Below are positions 27,143-40,100 of a stretch of 64,000 bases of DNA, in pieces. This DNA comes from Nageia nagi. Its lineage: Eukaryota > Plantae > Pinophyta. Location of the stretch: contig JBITNC010000001.1 in the NCBI GenBank assembly GCA_050084985.1, forward strand, positions 153,016,001 to 153,080,000. The letters run 5' to 3'. Each line of letters starts with the position of its first letter. Position 1 is the stretch's first letter. Both the position numbers and the translations under genes were made by a program. The notes under the pieces were generated by a model. That model was not told where the DNA came from, made no database searches, and saw only the letters and a program-made list of their open reading frames with translations.

Positions 27143-29740
27143 TTGGCTGAAGGGAGAAGATCTCAAGACCTGACATTGAAGGATTTAGACCAAGAGATTC
27201 AACAGATTAAATCTACATTAGGAGGAGTAAATCTCAAGGACATGTTTGATGATTTGAATGCAAAGTTATCAGGATTGGATCTCAAGTATAATGCCCTGGA
27301 TAGGAACATAATCCAAATTCAAACATTGACACAATCAACACAACAGGCACAAAATTCATCAGTAGGAAGTTCTAATCAAAATAGGAATACCTACCAACAC
27401 GCAGGTCCACAGGCATCTATTATTCCAAGAACAACTAAGCTTGATTTTCCTAGGTTCGATGGAGAGGACCCGACTAGTTGGATCTATCGATCTGAGCAAT
27501 ACTTTTCCTTAAACCAAATTCTTAAGGATCAAAAGGTTAGCATTGCTTCATTTCATTTGGATCTTGAGGCTATTCAATGGTATTAGTGGTTTGAAAGAAC
27601 TAATGGTCATCCTAATTGGGGGGAATTCATAAAATAACTACTAGTCAGGTTTGGACTGACTGCTTTTGAGGACTTCACAGGAGCACTCACTAAGCTATGA
27701 TAGACATCAATAGTAAGAGACTATCAGACCCAATTTGAGAAACTTGCAAATCATACAACAGGGTTGGATGAAGCTTTTTTCAAAAGTTGTTTTATCATTG
27801 GCTTAAAGGAGGAAATTAAGATTGAAATCAAAATGTTTAAACCTAATACAATGATGGAGGCAATAGGGTTAGCAAAGTTGGCCGAGGATAAGTTCAATGC
27901 TCAACATTGCCAAGGATGACAACAGTTTGGGAAACCACCCCATCATCCTCAAGCTCTAAGAATGGATCGACCACTACAAATTAAGAGGCTAACCCCACAA
28001 GAAATGGAAGAGCATTGCAAGAAGGGACTCTGCTATAATTGTGATGAGAAGTTTGGACCAAGCCATCGATGCACCACAAAAAAAATTGTACTTATTGAAT
28101 GCAAATGCTCCCAATGACCAATCTGATGATGAGGAGGTCGAGATAGAGGAAGAGGCCACTGAAACTAGTAACACGAATGAAGATACTCTCAAAATTTCAC
28201 TTAATGCTCTTGCCAAAATTTCTTCTTCACAAACCATGAAGGTCAAAGGATCCTTCAAAAAGAAAACTCTCATTGTGTTGCTAGATTCTGGAAGTACACA
28301 CAACTTCATTGATCCACGAGTAGCACGAGATGTCAATTGCTACATACATCCTACCAACAACTTTGAGGTAATGATTGGAAATGGAGGAAAGATAGCATGC
28401 AAGGGAACTTGTCGTAATGTTAAGCTCAATATGGGTCACTACACCTTGAAGAGTGACATGTATGCATTAACCTTAGGTGTATGTGACATTATCTTAGGGG
28501 CACAATGGCTTAGAACTTTGGGACCAATATTATGGGATTTTGTAGAACTTTGGATGAAGTTCATAGTTGGGGGACAAGAGTATACTTTCACAGGGTTACG
28601 AGCAGGACCTTCACTTGTTGTGAGTTCACATCGTATGGAAAAGATCCTTCATCGAAGTGGGAAGGGAATGATGGCCTAATTATTTTTTATTCAGTCCATG
28701 GAATCAGAATTAGGGGAGTCTAACGCATTGCAACAATTGGTGGATCAGCATAAAGATATCTTTGAAGAGCCTACGAGGTTGCCTCCTCATCGTTCTCATG
28801 ATCATGCCATCTAGTTGATTCTTGGTAGTCTACCACCAAACATTGACCATATCGATATCCCTGCTTGCAAAAAAAATGAAATTGAAAGGTTGGTCCAGGA
28901 AATGTTGGAAGCAAGAATCATAAGACCCAGTGTAAGTCCCTTTTCTTCTCCTATGATTTTGGTTCGTAAAAAAGATGGTTCATGGCAGATGTGTGTAGAC
29001 TTTTGAGCTCTTGACAAAATCACTGTGAAGGATAAGTTTCCTATCCCAGTTATTGATGAATTATTGGATTTGTTACATGGGACCAAATATTTTTCAAATT
29101 TAGATTTGCGGTCAGGGTATCATCAAATTTGACTCAAGGAGGAAGATATCCCAAAAACTGCTTTTCGCACTCATGATGGCCATTATGAATTTTTGGTGAT
29201 GCCATTTGGTCTTACAAATGCACCCTCTACCTTCCAAAGTTTAATGAATCATATCTTCCATCCATTTCTTAGAAAATTCATTCTGGTTTTCTTTGATGAC
29301 ATTCTATTTTATAACAAAACTTGGGAAGAACATGTGGCACATGTAGACCAAACTTTACAAGTTATGCGTGCCAACCAGTTGTATGCTAAGGAGTCAAAAT
29401 GTTCCTTTGGGAAGACCGAGGTTGAGTATTTGGGCATATTATTTCAGAGGAAGGGTTCAAGGTGGATCCCCATAAAATTAAAGACATGCAAAATTGGAGT
29501 GCCCCTAAGTCTCTTAGAAGTTTACAAGGATTCCTTGGATTGACTGGGTATTACCGTAAGTTTGTAAAAGACTATGGTAAAATAGTAGCACCATTGACAA
29601 CCCTATTGAAAAGGAATGCATTCAGTTGGTCACCTCAAGCAGAGGATGCTTTTAATAAGTTAAAAGGGGCAATGTGTTCTACTCCTATCTTAGCCATGCC
29701 AGACTTCTCAAAAACATTTGTCATTGAAAGTGATGCTTGT
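27143..29740 (+). pseudogene. gag-pol polyprotein pseudogene
   Basis: ORF pieces 27143-27586, 28041-28679, 28815-29006, 29193-29543, 29462-29740 separated by a few stops/frameshifts. Confidence 0.93.
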
Positions 29741-31134
29741 ATCATCTATGTTACCTTCAAATGTAGGAATGTCATTATTTCTTTGTACCTTGAAAGCATT
29801 TGTTGGTCGTGAAGTTGATTCAATATGTTGCATCACAAGTCCAAGTTTTATCATGAGTACTTGAAATTAGCTAAAGAATTAGTGGTGTTATACCTTTAAT
29901 GCCTCATCGATAATTCATTTGATATCTCAATCCATAAACAAAAAATTTCATTTTTCATCTTCCATATTTCTCTTACCTTAGGTATTAGGTGAGTTAGAGT
30001 ACGAAGTAGATGGACAACCTTTCTTTTGTTATTTTGTATGTGTTTGTACTAATATAAAATTGATCTTTTATCTAATTATCCAACTCTAAGATTGAATTTT
30101 GAGGGGAAAATAACTCCTAAGAATGATTTCATTTATAGATTGTATTGAAGAAAAATATATTAAAAGGAATTCATTCACATAATTGAAGAAAATATCTTAT
30201 AATACTATGTGTTACTTTTATTCTAATATTGAACTAAATAAAGTTATAATATGGTTTTCTCATGATTATATTATGTGAGAATACATAGAGAGTATAATAT
30301 AATCACAATTACATGAAGAGAAGTCGTCATGATCCACCTTAAACTTTTTACCTTCCTTTACTGTATCTATTGTTACTAATACAAATTACTATGAATAATT
30401 CAATGATCATATAAAAAGACTATAAATACTACAAATCCTAAAAAAATAGATAAATAATTTTCTTTTAGATAACACTAATAAATTATATTAATTACATAAA
30501 AAATAGATAAATCTATATTTAAATATTGACAACTATATAGAAGAAAACACCAAATTAATACCACAGCTTATAGTCAAAAACCAACGAAAGAAAGAAAAAT
30601 AGAAATTTTATTAATGTCCTTGGGAGACTAAAAATTATTTATGAGACTAATATAAAGAGTACATTGTATCACTCTTAGTGAGATTTGAACACATTAAAAA
30701 TACTTTAATGGATCATGAATAACAAATAAAAAAATAAAAATAAAAGATAAATATTTATTCTGATCAAAATAACCTTTGACAATCTCAAAAAATTTAAACC
30801 TATTAAAAAAATTTCCTTAAAAAGAATGAATAATAAGATTTAATCTCTATCGGTTATCTTAACCAAATGACTACAATACAAGAATTGACCAATGAAATAA
30901 AGTACTAAACAACGCATTGAACTCTCAAAAGTTGAGCCACACAAAGCTGCGATGGAATTGCCAATGTCCACCAAAGTCCAAGCCAAGCATATAAAATCTG
31001 TAGATCAAATTAATTTAAAAAGATCCTTTGCCATTAAAAAAGATTACAAAATTCATTGTTTATGCTAGTTCATTTAAACTGCCTCTGTATTCACATAAAG
31101 TCCTTCAAGTCATCGCACATATATCATGATTCAT

Positions 31135-31193
31135 TTTATTAAAAAACTTGCAATACAAGAGGGTTGCTGTATGTCAAGTTGATGAGATTTATT
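31135..31193 (-). promoter_or_regulatory. Candidate polyadenylation signals of the IGT gene
   Basis: AATAAA on minus strand at 31188-31193 and 31135-31140, downstream of the stop; AT-rich context makes chance matches likely. Confidence 0.35.
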
Positions 31194-31279
31194 CCTTTTT
31201 TGCTTGGGAAACTCCATAGATAGCTGTTTTCAACTAGAATTGGATCACGTATGAATGATTTTAATCCCCACGCATAGAA

Positions 31280-33033
31280 TTACGGTTCAAACACCACAAC
31301 TGCCAAAATCAAACAACATTACAACTGTGAAAATCTAATGAAAGTCAATTCAATAGAGGAAGAATATACGGTTAAATATGTTACTTACAGTCTGAGTTGG
31401 ATCTGATCCAGTATTCTTGGACTCTCCCTAGAGAGTTGTCTCTTGATAATGTATAATATTCTTCACATGATTCGTGACTCTCATCTTCATCTTCATATAT
31501 ATGTGGAGTAATGTTGGTGATGGTAGAGAAAGAAGTGTTTATTGAGCCTTGGTTGGCATTGATATTGAATGATGACGATTCCTTGACAATCTCTTCAGGT
31601 GTTGAAGTAGTATTTTCACAGCTTAATGTTGAACAATTTGTCTCACGTTCATGCATGACAGATTTTTGTAATCTCTTCTTCAATGCCTGTAAGCCAGTTC
31701 CCTTGAATATGCTCTTTACCAACATAGTTTTCGGCTGTGACAAAAATGCAGAAAATGGAATATAATTAACCCAATATCATTATGAATTGTAGGTTCAATA
31801 TGGAAAGTAGGTAATTTTACAAGAAAACTGAACATCAATTTGAATTTATTGTGATTTGTGTTGATGTTACCTGGGAGAATCCACAAGACCCTTGTGATGA
31901 TGATTGAAGGCGTTTGAGCAGGTTCTTGATGTGGATCTTGTCCATCTCCCAGAATCCAGATTCCTTTAATGTATGACCAGATTTATCTAATTCCTTCTTG
32001 TCATTAGCAACGGTACTGGGAGTCTGAGATACTATTTCCCTCTGCTTCTTACCTACAAGGATTGCACCGAGAAATATATTTTTTCGCTTCTTAGGCTTGT
32101 GCTCAACTAAATTGTTGGCATTCACTGGAATCTCAAGAAATTCCTCCAAGGGAAAACTAAGCTTGGCTAGCTGAGACTGGGGCTCTTCCTTATCATCTAA
32201 TTCCTTTTGAAGGACTAGATGGTTAGTATGTGACACTTGTTTGCAGTCACAATTGTCTTCAGATATTCGATTATGAGTATTAATATCATTTTGCAATTTG
32301 GCATGATCTTCAAGGCCCAAGATCTTGGCCAAGTTCTTTTTGAACTCCTCCACCTCAATGAGTGTAATGTATTGATCTTCTTCATCCATGGGGTAACTTT
32401 GATGGTGGTGCTGCTTCACAGAGTTTCCATCAATTCCAAGAGTACCGATTGACAACAAATCCTCTGCCTGCAAATTGTTGAAGGCTAACGTGCCACATTG
32501 CTCCTCTTCTTTCCCTTTTAATAATGCATCTGATTCAAACAAGATCTCGCATTCATCAAATGAAATAATTAAAACTCCTTACTCTACCACATCTATCACA
32601 TTACTAGTTCTCAAGTGGAAAGAGTCAAAATTGTAAACATGTACAAATCTTTACGTTCTTATGCACTAGAAACAAAACACCAACAAAAAAATCTTTTCCA
32701 AGAGGTACAGCAGCCCTATCAAAATAAAAATTCCAATGCCTATGCACAAGGTTGAAATATCAAATGACTAAACTATACTCCGAAGTCAAAGTCTTTATAC
32801 ACCTCACCTTGAGTCCTATTTGAAGAATTGATAATATGGCCACAGTAAGCTATCTTCTTTGGATTGAACGTCCTCTGAACCCAATTGAAGATCTGCAATA
32901 AGATTGAGTTAGACAAGAAGAATGTCAGCATTTCTTTAGCCCTTTACATGATTTTTTTGTTCTTCCACAAATTTTATGACTCCAACCAAACAAATACAAG
33001 ATGCATATCATTCATCGCAATAACTACCTTCAT
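31280..33033 (-). CDS. IGT-family gravitropism/branch-angle protein (LAZY/DRO1/TAC1 family), 5 exons, ~371 aa: join(33033-33028, 32892-32808, 32529-31871, 31734-31389, 31299-31280)
   Basis: Region I MK|IFNWVQRTFN with the family's 6-nt first coding exon; region II DLLSIGTLG; EVEEFKKNLAKILG; region III FPLEEFLEIP; region V YWIRSNSD-F|VVFEP* with a 20-nt last exon; all introns GT-AG with consistent phases (0,1,0,1); in-frame stop upstream of ATG. The exon 3 acceptor is the least certain (alternative AG at 32578). Confidence 0.9.
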
Positions 33034-33527
33034 TCTAAAGCTCCAAAATTAGTCAAGGATTGACACCCAGAATTTCTATGTCCTCAAAGTGGAAATGAAT
33101 TGGAATCCTTCCACCAGAAGGAGCAATAGATTGATATTTAACACCTTTTCATTCTCTCTATTCAACTTCAGCTAATGCCAAGGTAGATTTTATCTAATTA
33201 TTTAGATTTGAAAGGTTTAATTAGACCCTCAGTTCATGAGGATTATTCCTCGGTTTAGGTAGCCTACTTAGCGAAGCTTCCCGAGCATTCTAAAAGTTCC
33301 CCTTCGTACCATCGTGGCATGCCTTCATCCAAGAGACCCACTTCTTACTATCGTGGAGGGGATTCATCCAAGGGAAATAAAAAAGTTTTCGCACAGAGTC
33401 ACTGGTGAGTTTAAAAAAATTCTCACTACAATCGTGGATGCACCCTGGGATCTAGATTTCCATGCCTGAAAAGTTGTCCATAACTTCATAGCATAAGTAA
33501 AAAGACATAAACTATACATGTGTAAGT

Positions 33528-33586
33528 TGTCTCACCAAATTTAGCAAGTATTGGAAAACTAAATTCTTCTAGTATTCTGCTGTCGG
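33528..33586. promoter_or_regulatory. Candidate auxin response elements upstream of the IGT gene
   Basis: TGTCTC at 33528-33533 and TGTCGG at 33581-33586, ~500-550 bp upstream of the ATG. Confidence 0.4.
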
Positions 33587-35159
33587 CCCTGAAATGATTC
33601 CAAAGCTTTTAATCTTAATTAATCATGTGAGAAGTAGATTACAGCCCACAATTCCAATGAATGGAGTAGGCCAACCATTTGTATTTTTATTTATTGTACT
33701 CGACGTTGGAGATTCCTTCCGAGTAAGTGCGAAGTAATCTTCAACTTCTGCTCTCTCTACAACACTTGCAAAAACTAAAGTTGTTCTGGCATCATGGTTA
33801 CTTTGAATTTTCATATTGTTCTGGCATGAGGATTTCACATGTTCCTTTTTCTTCATTGCAAGTGTTCAATCTCTTTGAATATATCTTTGGTGTTATAATT
33901 TTGGTATCAAGTTTATAAAACACATAGAGATCTTATGGAGAATATTTGTGGTGCAGAAAATAAAGGGTTGGAATATCAAAATCTTCAAAATTCGCATAGA
34001 TTTGAAGATATATAATCACTTATTTTAAAGCATTTAATATGTTTGTCCACTGACACATTCCAAAATCAGTTTCAACAATTTACATTCAGCATAAATAGTA
34101 TACACAAACAAATCTAAACTTCAAATTTTATATTCTTGTTAAGATTTGAAACAGCTAAGAGCCTGTACAAACATTTTGGAGTAAATGAACAACTTGACAT
34201 AAAAAAATGTGCCTATGGTTTTTATTTGTTAAGTAAACAGAAGTCATTGAACTGATTTAATATTTTTCTAGATGTACCATAAAAGTTAAGTTGGATTCAA
34301 ATGATCATTAAATTTATTATTATATATTTTTAGAATTTAGAATATTTAATTATTAGCATGGTGAAAAAAATACAATCATTCATTATGTACAAAGTAACAA
34401 TATAGTTTTTTAGTTTTAAACAAAACTCATTTTAAATGGAGAGTTAAATTATCTTACACACAAAATTAAAAAAATAAAAATATGGTTGTAGTATTTATAA
34501 TCATATAAATTATATTTGTAATTGATTATAAATAAGTTAAATTTATCTATTATAACTAATATTTTATCATTTTAAAATTTTAAAAAATTTGTTGAAGATG
34601 TTCTAATATAAATAAATAAATCATTATTTACAAATAATTTTACATGCATATTGATGATAGAAACTCAAATTTTCTATCATGTATAGAATGAAGTTTTTTT
34701 GAATTTTATTTATTTAATCTAGTTCAAAAAATTAAAAGAAAAATATATACCATAAAATTATTATTCTTTTACATTATTTGAAGTATAATAAATAAATTAG
34801 CATAAAAATTACATAATTAAATGCTAAAAGGAACACTATATAATCTTTCTAAAATCTTCAAATATATTAAACATAAAAATAAAAAGTATTGATGTAATGA
34901 ATGGATATATTATGTATAACTAAAAGAATGTTGAATAGTTGAGTTTTCATGTCTATAAAAGCTAGACTTAATGTAAAAGGAAGTGTGCTTGTACTTTCAT
35001 CAAATGTATCTTTAAGTTTGAATGAGAAAATAGCACATGTTATATTTTAATTCTTTAAGTTTTATATATTAGTAAATTCCTTTTCATACCATACATTTAT
35101 AGCATTATAAGTTTTTTATGTTATAACTTCTATTTCTTTCCCGAGATTTTTATTCAGTG

Positions 35160-35572
35160 GCATTATTATCTACTTTTCTTCTTTTGATATGGATTCACTC
35201 TTTCTTATAAGATTTTTTTGGATGGCCTTCACATGGCTAATGAAATCTTAGAAAATATTATGGTTACCCTTTTTGTAATTCATAAGAAATTCTTCTATAT
35301 ATATATATATAAGTAGCATTAAGTATAAGTTATTGATTCACACTTTCTTATAAGAGTTTTTTATATGGCCTTTACATGGTTAATGAAATATTAGAAAATA
35401 TTATGCTTACCATTTTTGTAGTGCATAAATTTGTTTTAGCATTATCATCCACTTTTCTTCTTTTAATATTGATTCACTCTTTCTTATAAGAGTTTTTTAG
35501 ATGGCCTTCACATGGTTAATGAAATCTTAGGAAATGTTATGGTTACCATTTTTGTAGTTCATAAGAAATTTC
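35160..35572. repeat. Three imperfect tandem copies of a ~125-155 bp unit
   Basis: gattcac(t/a)ctttcttataaga...atggcctt.acatgg.taatgaaat.ttag.aaat.ttatg.ttacc repeated at ~35190, ~35335 and ~35470. Confidence 0.9.
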
Positions 35573-35782
35573 CCTACAAAGGTATAAAAATACATGATAA
35601 ATTAATTTTACTATGCATTTATTGTACGTGATTTTAGTACTTTTCTATTTATTAAGTTAACAAGTTATTAATTATTATTTTATTTTAATGTGTAAATATG
35701 TCTTAAGAAAATTCTATCATTTATGTTATTAGAAAACTAATTAATGAAGAAATAAAAAAAAGTATTTTAAAAAGTTTTAAAG

Positions 35783-37270
35783 ATTATCAAGGTTCATTTG
35801 ATAATACCAATCCAAAGATTGGCCATAAAGGATTCTAGAGAAGATTTTGAACAAGATTTTAACATCATATCATAGGTGAGATTTCTATTTGTTATCATAG
35901 GTGATTTCACAACATGTGATATAATAGGTTTTTGAGTGTTTTATGGGGTTTTTGTTATCTTTAAATATTTAAAATTTGATTTGGAAGTCATCAGTGAAAG
36001 AATTTCATGCCTTGATTCACAAGGTTTGATATGTCACTTTCTAGGACCATAACTTTCTTAGGGTGCAATAGAAAAATAGGTACAAACTAATTGGTCCTAG
36101 TATGGAGTAATTGATCTATGTTTCTACTCTAATGGTTTCTTCCTATTAATGTTTGAGACAATGGATTACAAAGATAAGGATTTCCAATTAGGTCCATGGT
36201 TTCATGGTAATGGAGGATTATATATGAAACCCTAGCACATGGATTTCACACTAGAGGCTCTTCCATCTTCTGCTCCTATATGGGTAAGACTCCATTCCTT
36301 ATTAGATATTGGAATCATACTACTTTTGGGGGAATTAATAATACCCTTAAGATTTTTATTGGTGAATCTTATTTAACATTAGAATATACTCAACATTTTT
36401 ATGGCTAATATTTTTGTTAACCTTAACCTAGATGTGTCTTTACCTACTCAGATTACTAGTTAGGTTGGTGAAAAAAATTGAGAACAACCCCTGAACTATG
36501 AGCATACCCCTTTTGATGTTGAATCTACCATAAATATGGTCACCTTATTCAACATTGCCCTCATTCAAATATTAAATATGATCATCGAAATACATAACTG
36601 TATTCCCTACCTCCCTCGGCTCCACCCAAGCAACCAGCTACTCCCCCCCTATAACTTCCTTTATTCCTCCAAAGCAAGCAATTGATCCCCTTGTCCGTCT
36701 AAGGCATTCTATCTAAAATAAAAAGCTATATCTATAAGTAAATTGACCCCTAATCATATCTAATCCATTTTAGGTTCTCCAAGAATAATCCACTTTTGAC
36801 TCTGTACCTAAGACCTAGTCTATAGTCCTTATTGACCAGAAGCCCCTAAATTGTACTGACCAAATGATGGTTGATCCAAGTGAAAAGTAATTCCTTACAC
36901 TCAAATCTAAACCTCCCCCAATCAAACAAACCCTTTATCTTCTGAAAAAGGCCAATATAGGCCTTTCCAAAAAGAGAGGACAAAGATCAACTCTCCTACT
37001 TCTACAATAGGTAGTTATTGACAACATTGAAAATGGATCTATGGCTCAATTTGAAGAATCCCTCCATCTTAAGAAATCTATGTAATCATAGTGTATCTTC
37101 TATTAAATATTAGAAATGAGCTATATATGCTAGAGGATTCATGGTTTTATTCAAATGATATTTTTAGAATTACTTACTTTTAGTAGTTTTTTATTTTGTA
37201 ATTTCTCAAGATTCCTATGTATTTTCTTCTAATTAATGAATAATTGTTTTTAATGACAAAATAAAAAAAT
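35783..37270 (+). mobile_element. Decayed L1-type LINE retaining ORF1 only (ends approximate)
   Basis: GPWFHGNGGLYMKP*H...APIWVRLHSL (DUF4283-type) and EQPLNYEHTPF.C*IYHKYGHLIQHCP (zinc knuckle) at ~36190-36560; Pro-rich tail; A-rich end at ~37257-37270; no endonuclease/RT seen. Confidence 0.75.
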
Positions 37271-39477
37271 TAAAATTTGAGATTTTCAAAGTCTAGAAGT
37301 AATATTTAAAATTTAAAATTTTCATAATCTAGAAGTAATAATTGAGTAATAAAAAGTATGATTTTTATTTGATTTATTCTTTGAATACTACATCATAAAA
37401 TAAGGTAAAAAAATATTTTTTTATTGAGGTATTATAAACCATTATATTTTATAAAGTTTAAATATTTATATTTTATTGTAATTCTAAATTTTCATAATTT
37501 TCTCATATGGCATATATAGCTTGATTGCTAAAATAAAACTCAATTTTATGGGTAAGAAATTTGATTACAACTATGATCGAATATGTTTGTAAGGAAATGA
37601 TTAAAAAAAAACTTTACTCTATACTTAAAAACTACCTATATAAGGTTAAATAAGAGGAACAAAGGTACATCAACTTCCTTGGGCTAATTACACACTAAAT
37701 TTGAGGTTGGAGAAAATATATTTATCATAGGAATAAACTAGAATTAAAGTATATTGAAGGCTTTCCTTAATGGGCACTTAAAAAATATTTGATCCATTTG
37801 AGGTATAACTATATTGCATGAGGGTATTTTACCAATGGATTGAGTCATTTAAGAAATCTTATACTTAGGACTTAGTCTTCTTCCAAAGATAGGAGACCTT
37901 AAATTATACATATCATATATATTATTTGGCTGTAAAGTAAGATTGAACCCTTATAATTTATAGTAAACTCATTTTATAGAAGGATGTTTTCTAAAAACTA
38001 TTAGCATAGATACCTATTTTTTATTTTTATTCTATTAAAAGTCACAATTATAGAATCTAAAATGAATAAGTTCATTTAAGTTCATTTCAATAAAATATAT
38101 TATACTTTCAAGATATAATCAACTAACATTCTCTTCTTTTCTTTCTTTCATAATATATAAAAGGAGGTTACAAGATCATTTCAAATCATCAATTCTCTCT
38201 TTTATTAAGAATTATCTATGAAAAACTCAAGATATCTCTATATCATCCATTCAAACATATGCATGTCATCATTACAAATTTGATACTACTAGGAATTCAT
38301 TGCCAACGATTGAGCTAACTTGAATAGCTTCTTGAGCCATAGTGATAAGTTTTAAACAAAATTAGAGAAATAAAACTGCAAAGTAGAGATTTTAAACTCG
38401 TTAACTAGGCTCTATAATATAAAAAAATTCCTTTATAAAAGGTTTAAATTAACCTTATTATAGTATTTAAGGCTAGCCTTGACCCTGATCCTACAATTTC
38501 CTAAGCTTTCAAAAGTCACAAGTTGGGTTGTTGTTTTTAGTTTTTGATCCTCTTATATCATGTAGTTACTTCATACACATGTTTTATGAATAATTGAAGA
38601 CTTTCTTTCATTTCAATTTAGATATTAAATTCCAAATAATGGGAATAAGATTGATCATCATCAAGGTTAATCCTAACCCTTATGAAATTCAAGATAAGTA
38701 TCAATCTTCCCAAAATCATTGAGTTTTCAAGATCCTTAGGAAGTACTTCGTAGTCAAATTTAAAGGGTTAAAACTCATCAAATAGTTGTATAAAGTGTTA
38801 TATTACATATTGTAATTTTATATATTTAGATTTGGGACTATGATGCTTAATTGTTAAATCTTACCTACCCTAGCTTGTAGCAAATTATCTTATTTCCCCA
38901 TCTTAGTTATACTTAGCTCTACACCAAAATCAAGATTTGAGGATTGTTTTAATCCACTATTGTAGGCCTTTTAGTGGTATTTGTTTTTCATCTTATATGA
39001 GGGTGCAATAAAAAATATTTCAATATATGATGGTAATTTTAATCCCCTAATCATGACCACCTTAGTATCTTCATACAAAGGTGGGTACTTAAGCATCATC
39101 TTATAATACATATAACCATCATCTTAGGGTGAAATTTTAATATTAAATTATATAAAAATATAATAAAATAAGATAGGTATATAACCATCATAATATATAA
39201 TATGAATATGGTTATAAAATATTATCTCATGATTGCATCTATAAAGTAAATATAGGCTGCTAGGATGGTGCTCATAAGTTATCCTAAAATTACACTTTAT
39301 GCATTATCAAACATAAGTTGGTGGTGCAGTACTCATAAATATTTAAGGAGCATTGCATATATATGAAAGGAATTACATGAAAATAATATTCACTCATTTG
39401 GATTTAGCATTCTCAATTTGGACTCAACATTTGTAATTTGCACTTTTCATTATCAATTTGAACTTACCATTCCTATC

Positions 39478-40100
39478 ATGGGAGGTGACCTTATTCAGGT
39501 AGAGCTTGGTTAATATTCTTAAATCAAATAAAATGAAACTTTATGGGAGATGATGTACAAAGGAGGACTCCAAGATATCTTTAAATCCTTTAGAGGTTAT
39601 GACATAAATATTTTGCAATAATTTCTCTAAATGTGGAATAGTGGCACGGTTGTAGTAAAAGATTTAGAATTCAAATTCACCATGAAAGTAGTAGTAGATG
39701 CAATAGGTCTCAAACCATAAGGAAAGAGAGTAAAGATAGAGGATAACTAAACTAAAAGGGATATAGAGAAATTTGAGGATAAATACAAAAAGATTACAAA
39801 GTTCTATGAAGGGTATGATATAGAAAGCCTTCCCAAAATTTGGAATGAACTTTGTAAAGTGATTACTAGGTATGTCACACTACAATGTAGATATAGGATG
39901 ATTTTGGACTATCAATTTGCATTTACGAGTCATTTTTATAGCATAAAAAAGGTCAAATTCCTTTTCTTCTTAGCTAATTCATCGCAAAGCTCCATTTTTT
40001 ATTGCAAGTAATTCACATAACATAGTTCCCCTACACTAGGGGTTTATTTTTATTATTTATACTTATGCTTTGATAGGAAAACCACCAAGATACATCCCCA
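39478..40100 (+). pseudogene. Decayed ORF of unassigned, probably transposon-associated protein
   Basis: MGGDLIQVE...LWEMMYKGGLQDIFKSFRGYD...VVVKDLEFKFTMKVVVDAIGLKP*G...GYDIESLPKIWNELCKVITRYVTL; protein-like but interrupted by stops. Confidence 0.5.

Larger units (their letters stand above)
25615..29740 (+). mobile_element. 3'-truncated chromovirus-type (Reina/Tekay-like) Ty3/gypsy element: 5' LTR, PBS, gag-PR-RT-start of RNase H
   Basis: LTR 25615-26001 with inverted ends TGTTAGGATC/GAATCGTAACA; PBS TGGTATCAAAGC at 26004-26015; KLDFPRFDGEDPTSWI, LLDSGSTHNFI, VMPFGLTNAPSTFQ, LVFFDDILFY, GFLGLTGYYRKFV; homology stops after TFVIESDAC. Confidence 0.93.

Noticed and set aside
31511-32452. Plus-strand ORFs 31511-31765 and 32237-32452
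   Set aside because: Antisense shadows of IGT exons 3 and 4; no independent motifs
33623-33918. ORFs upstream of the IGT gene as possible extra exons or a separate gene
   Set aside because: No recognisable motif; the IGT model is complete with an in-frame stop before its ATG
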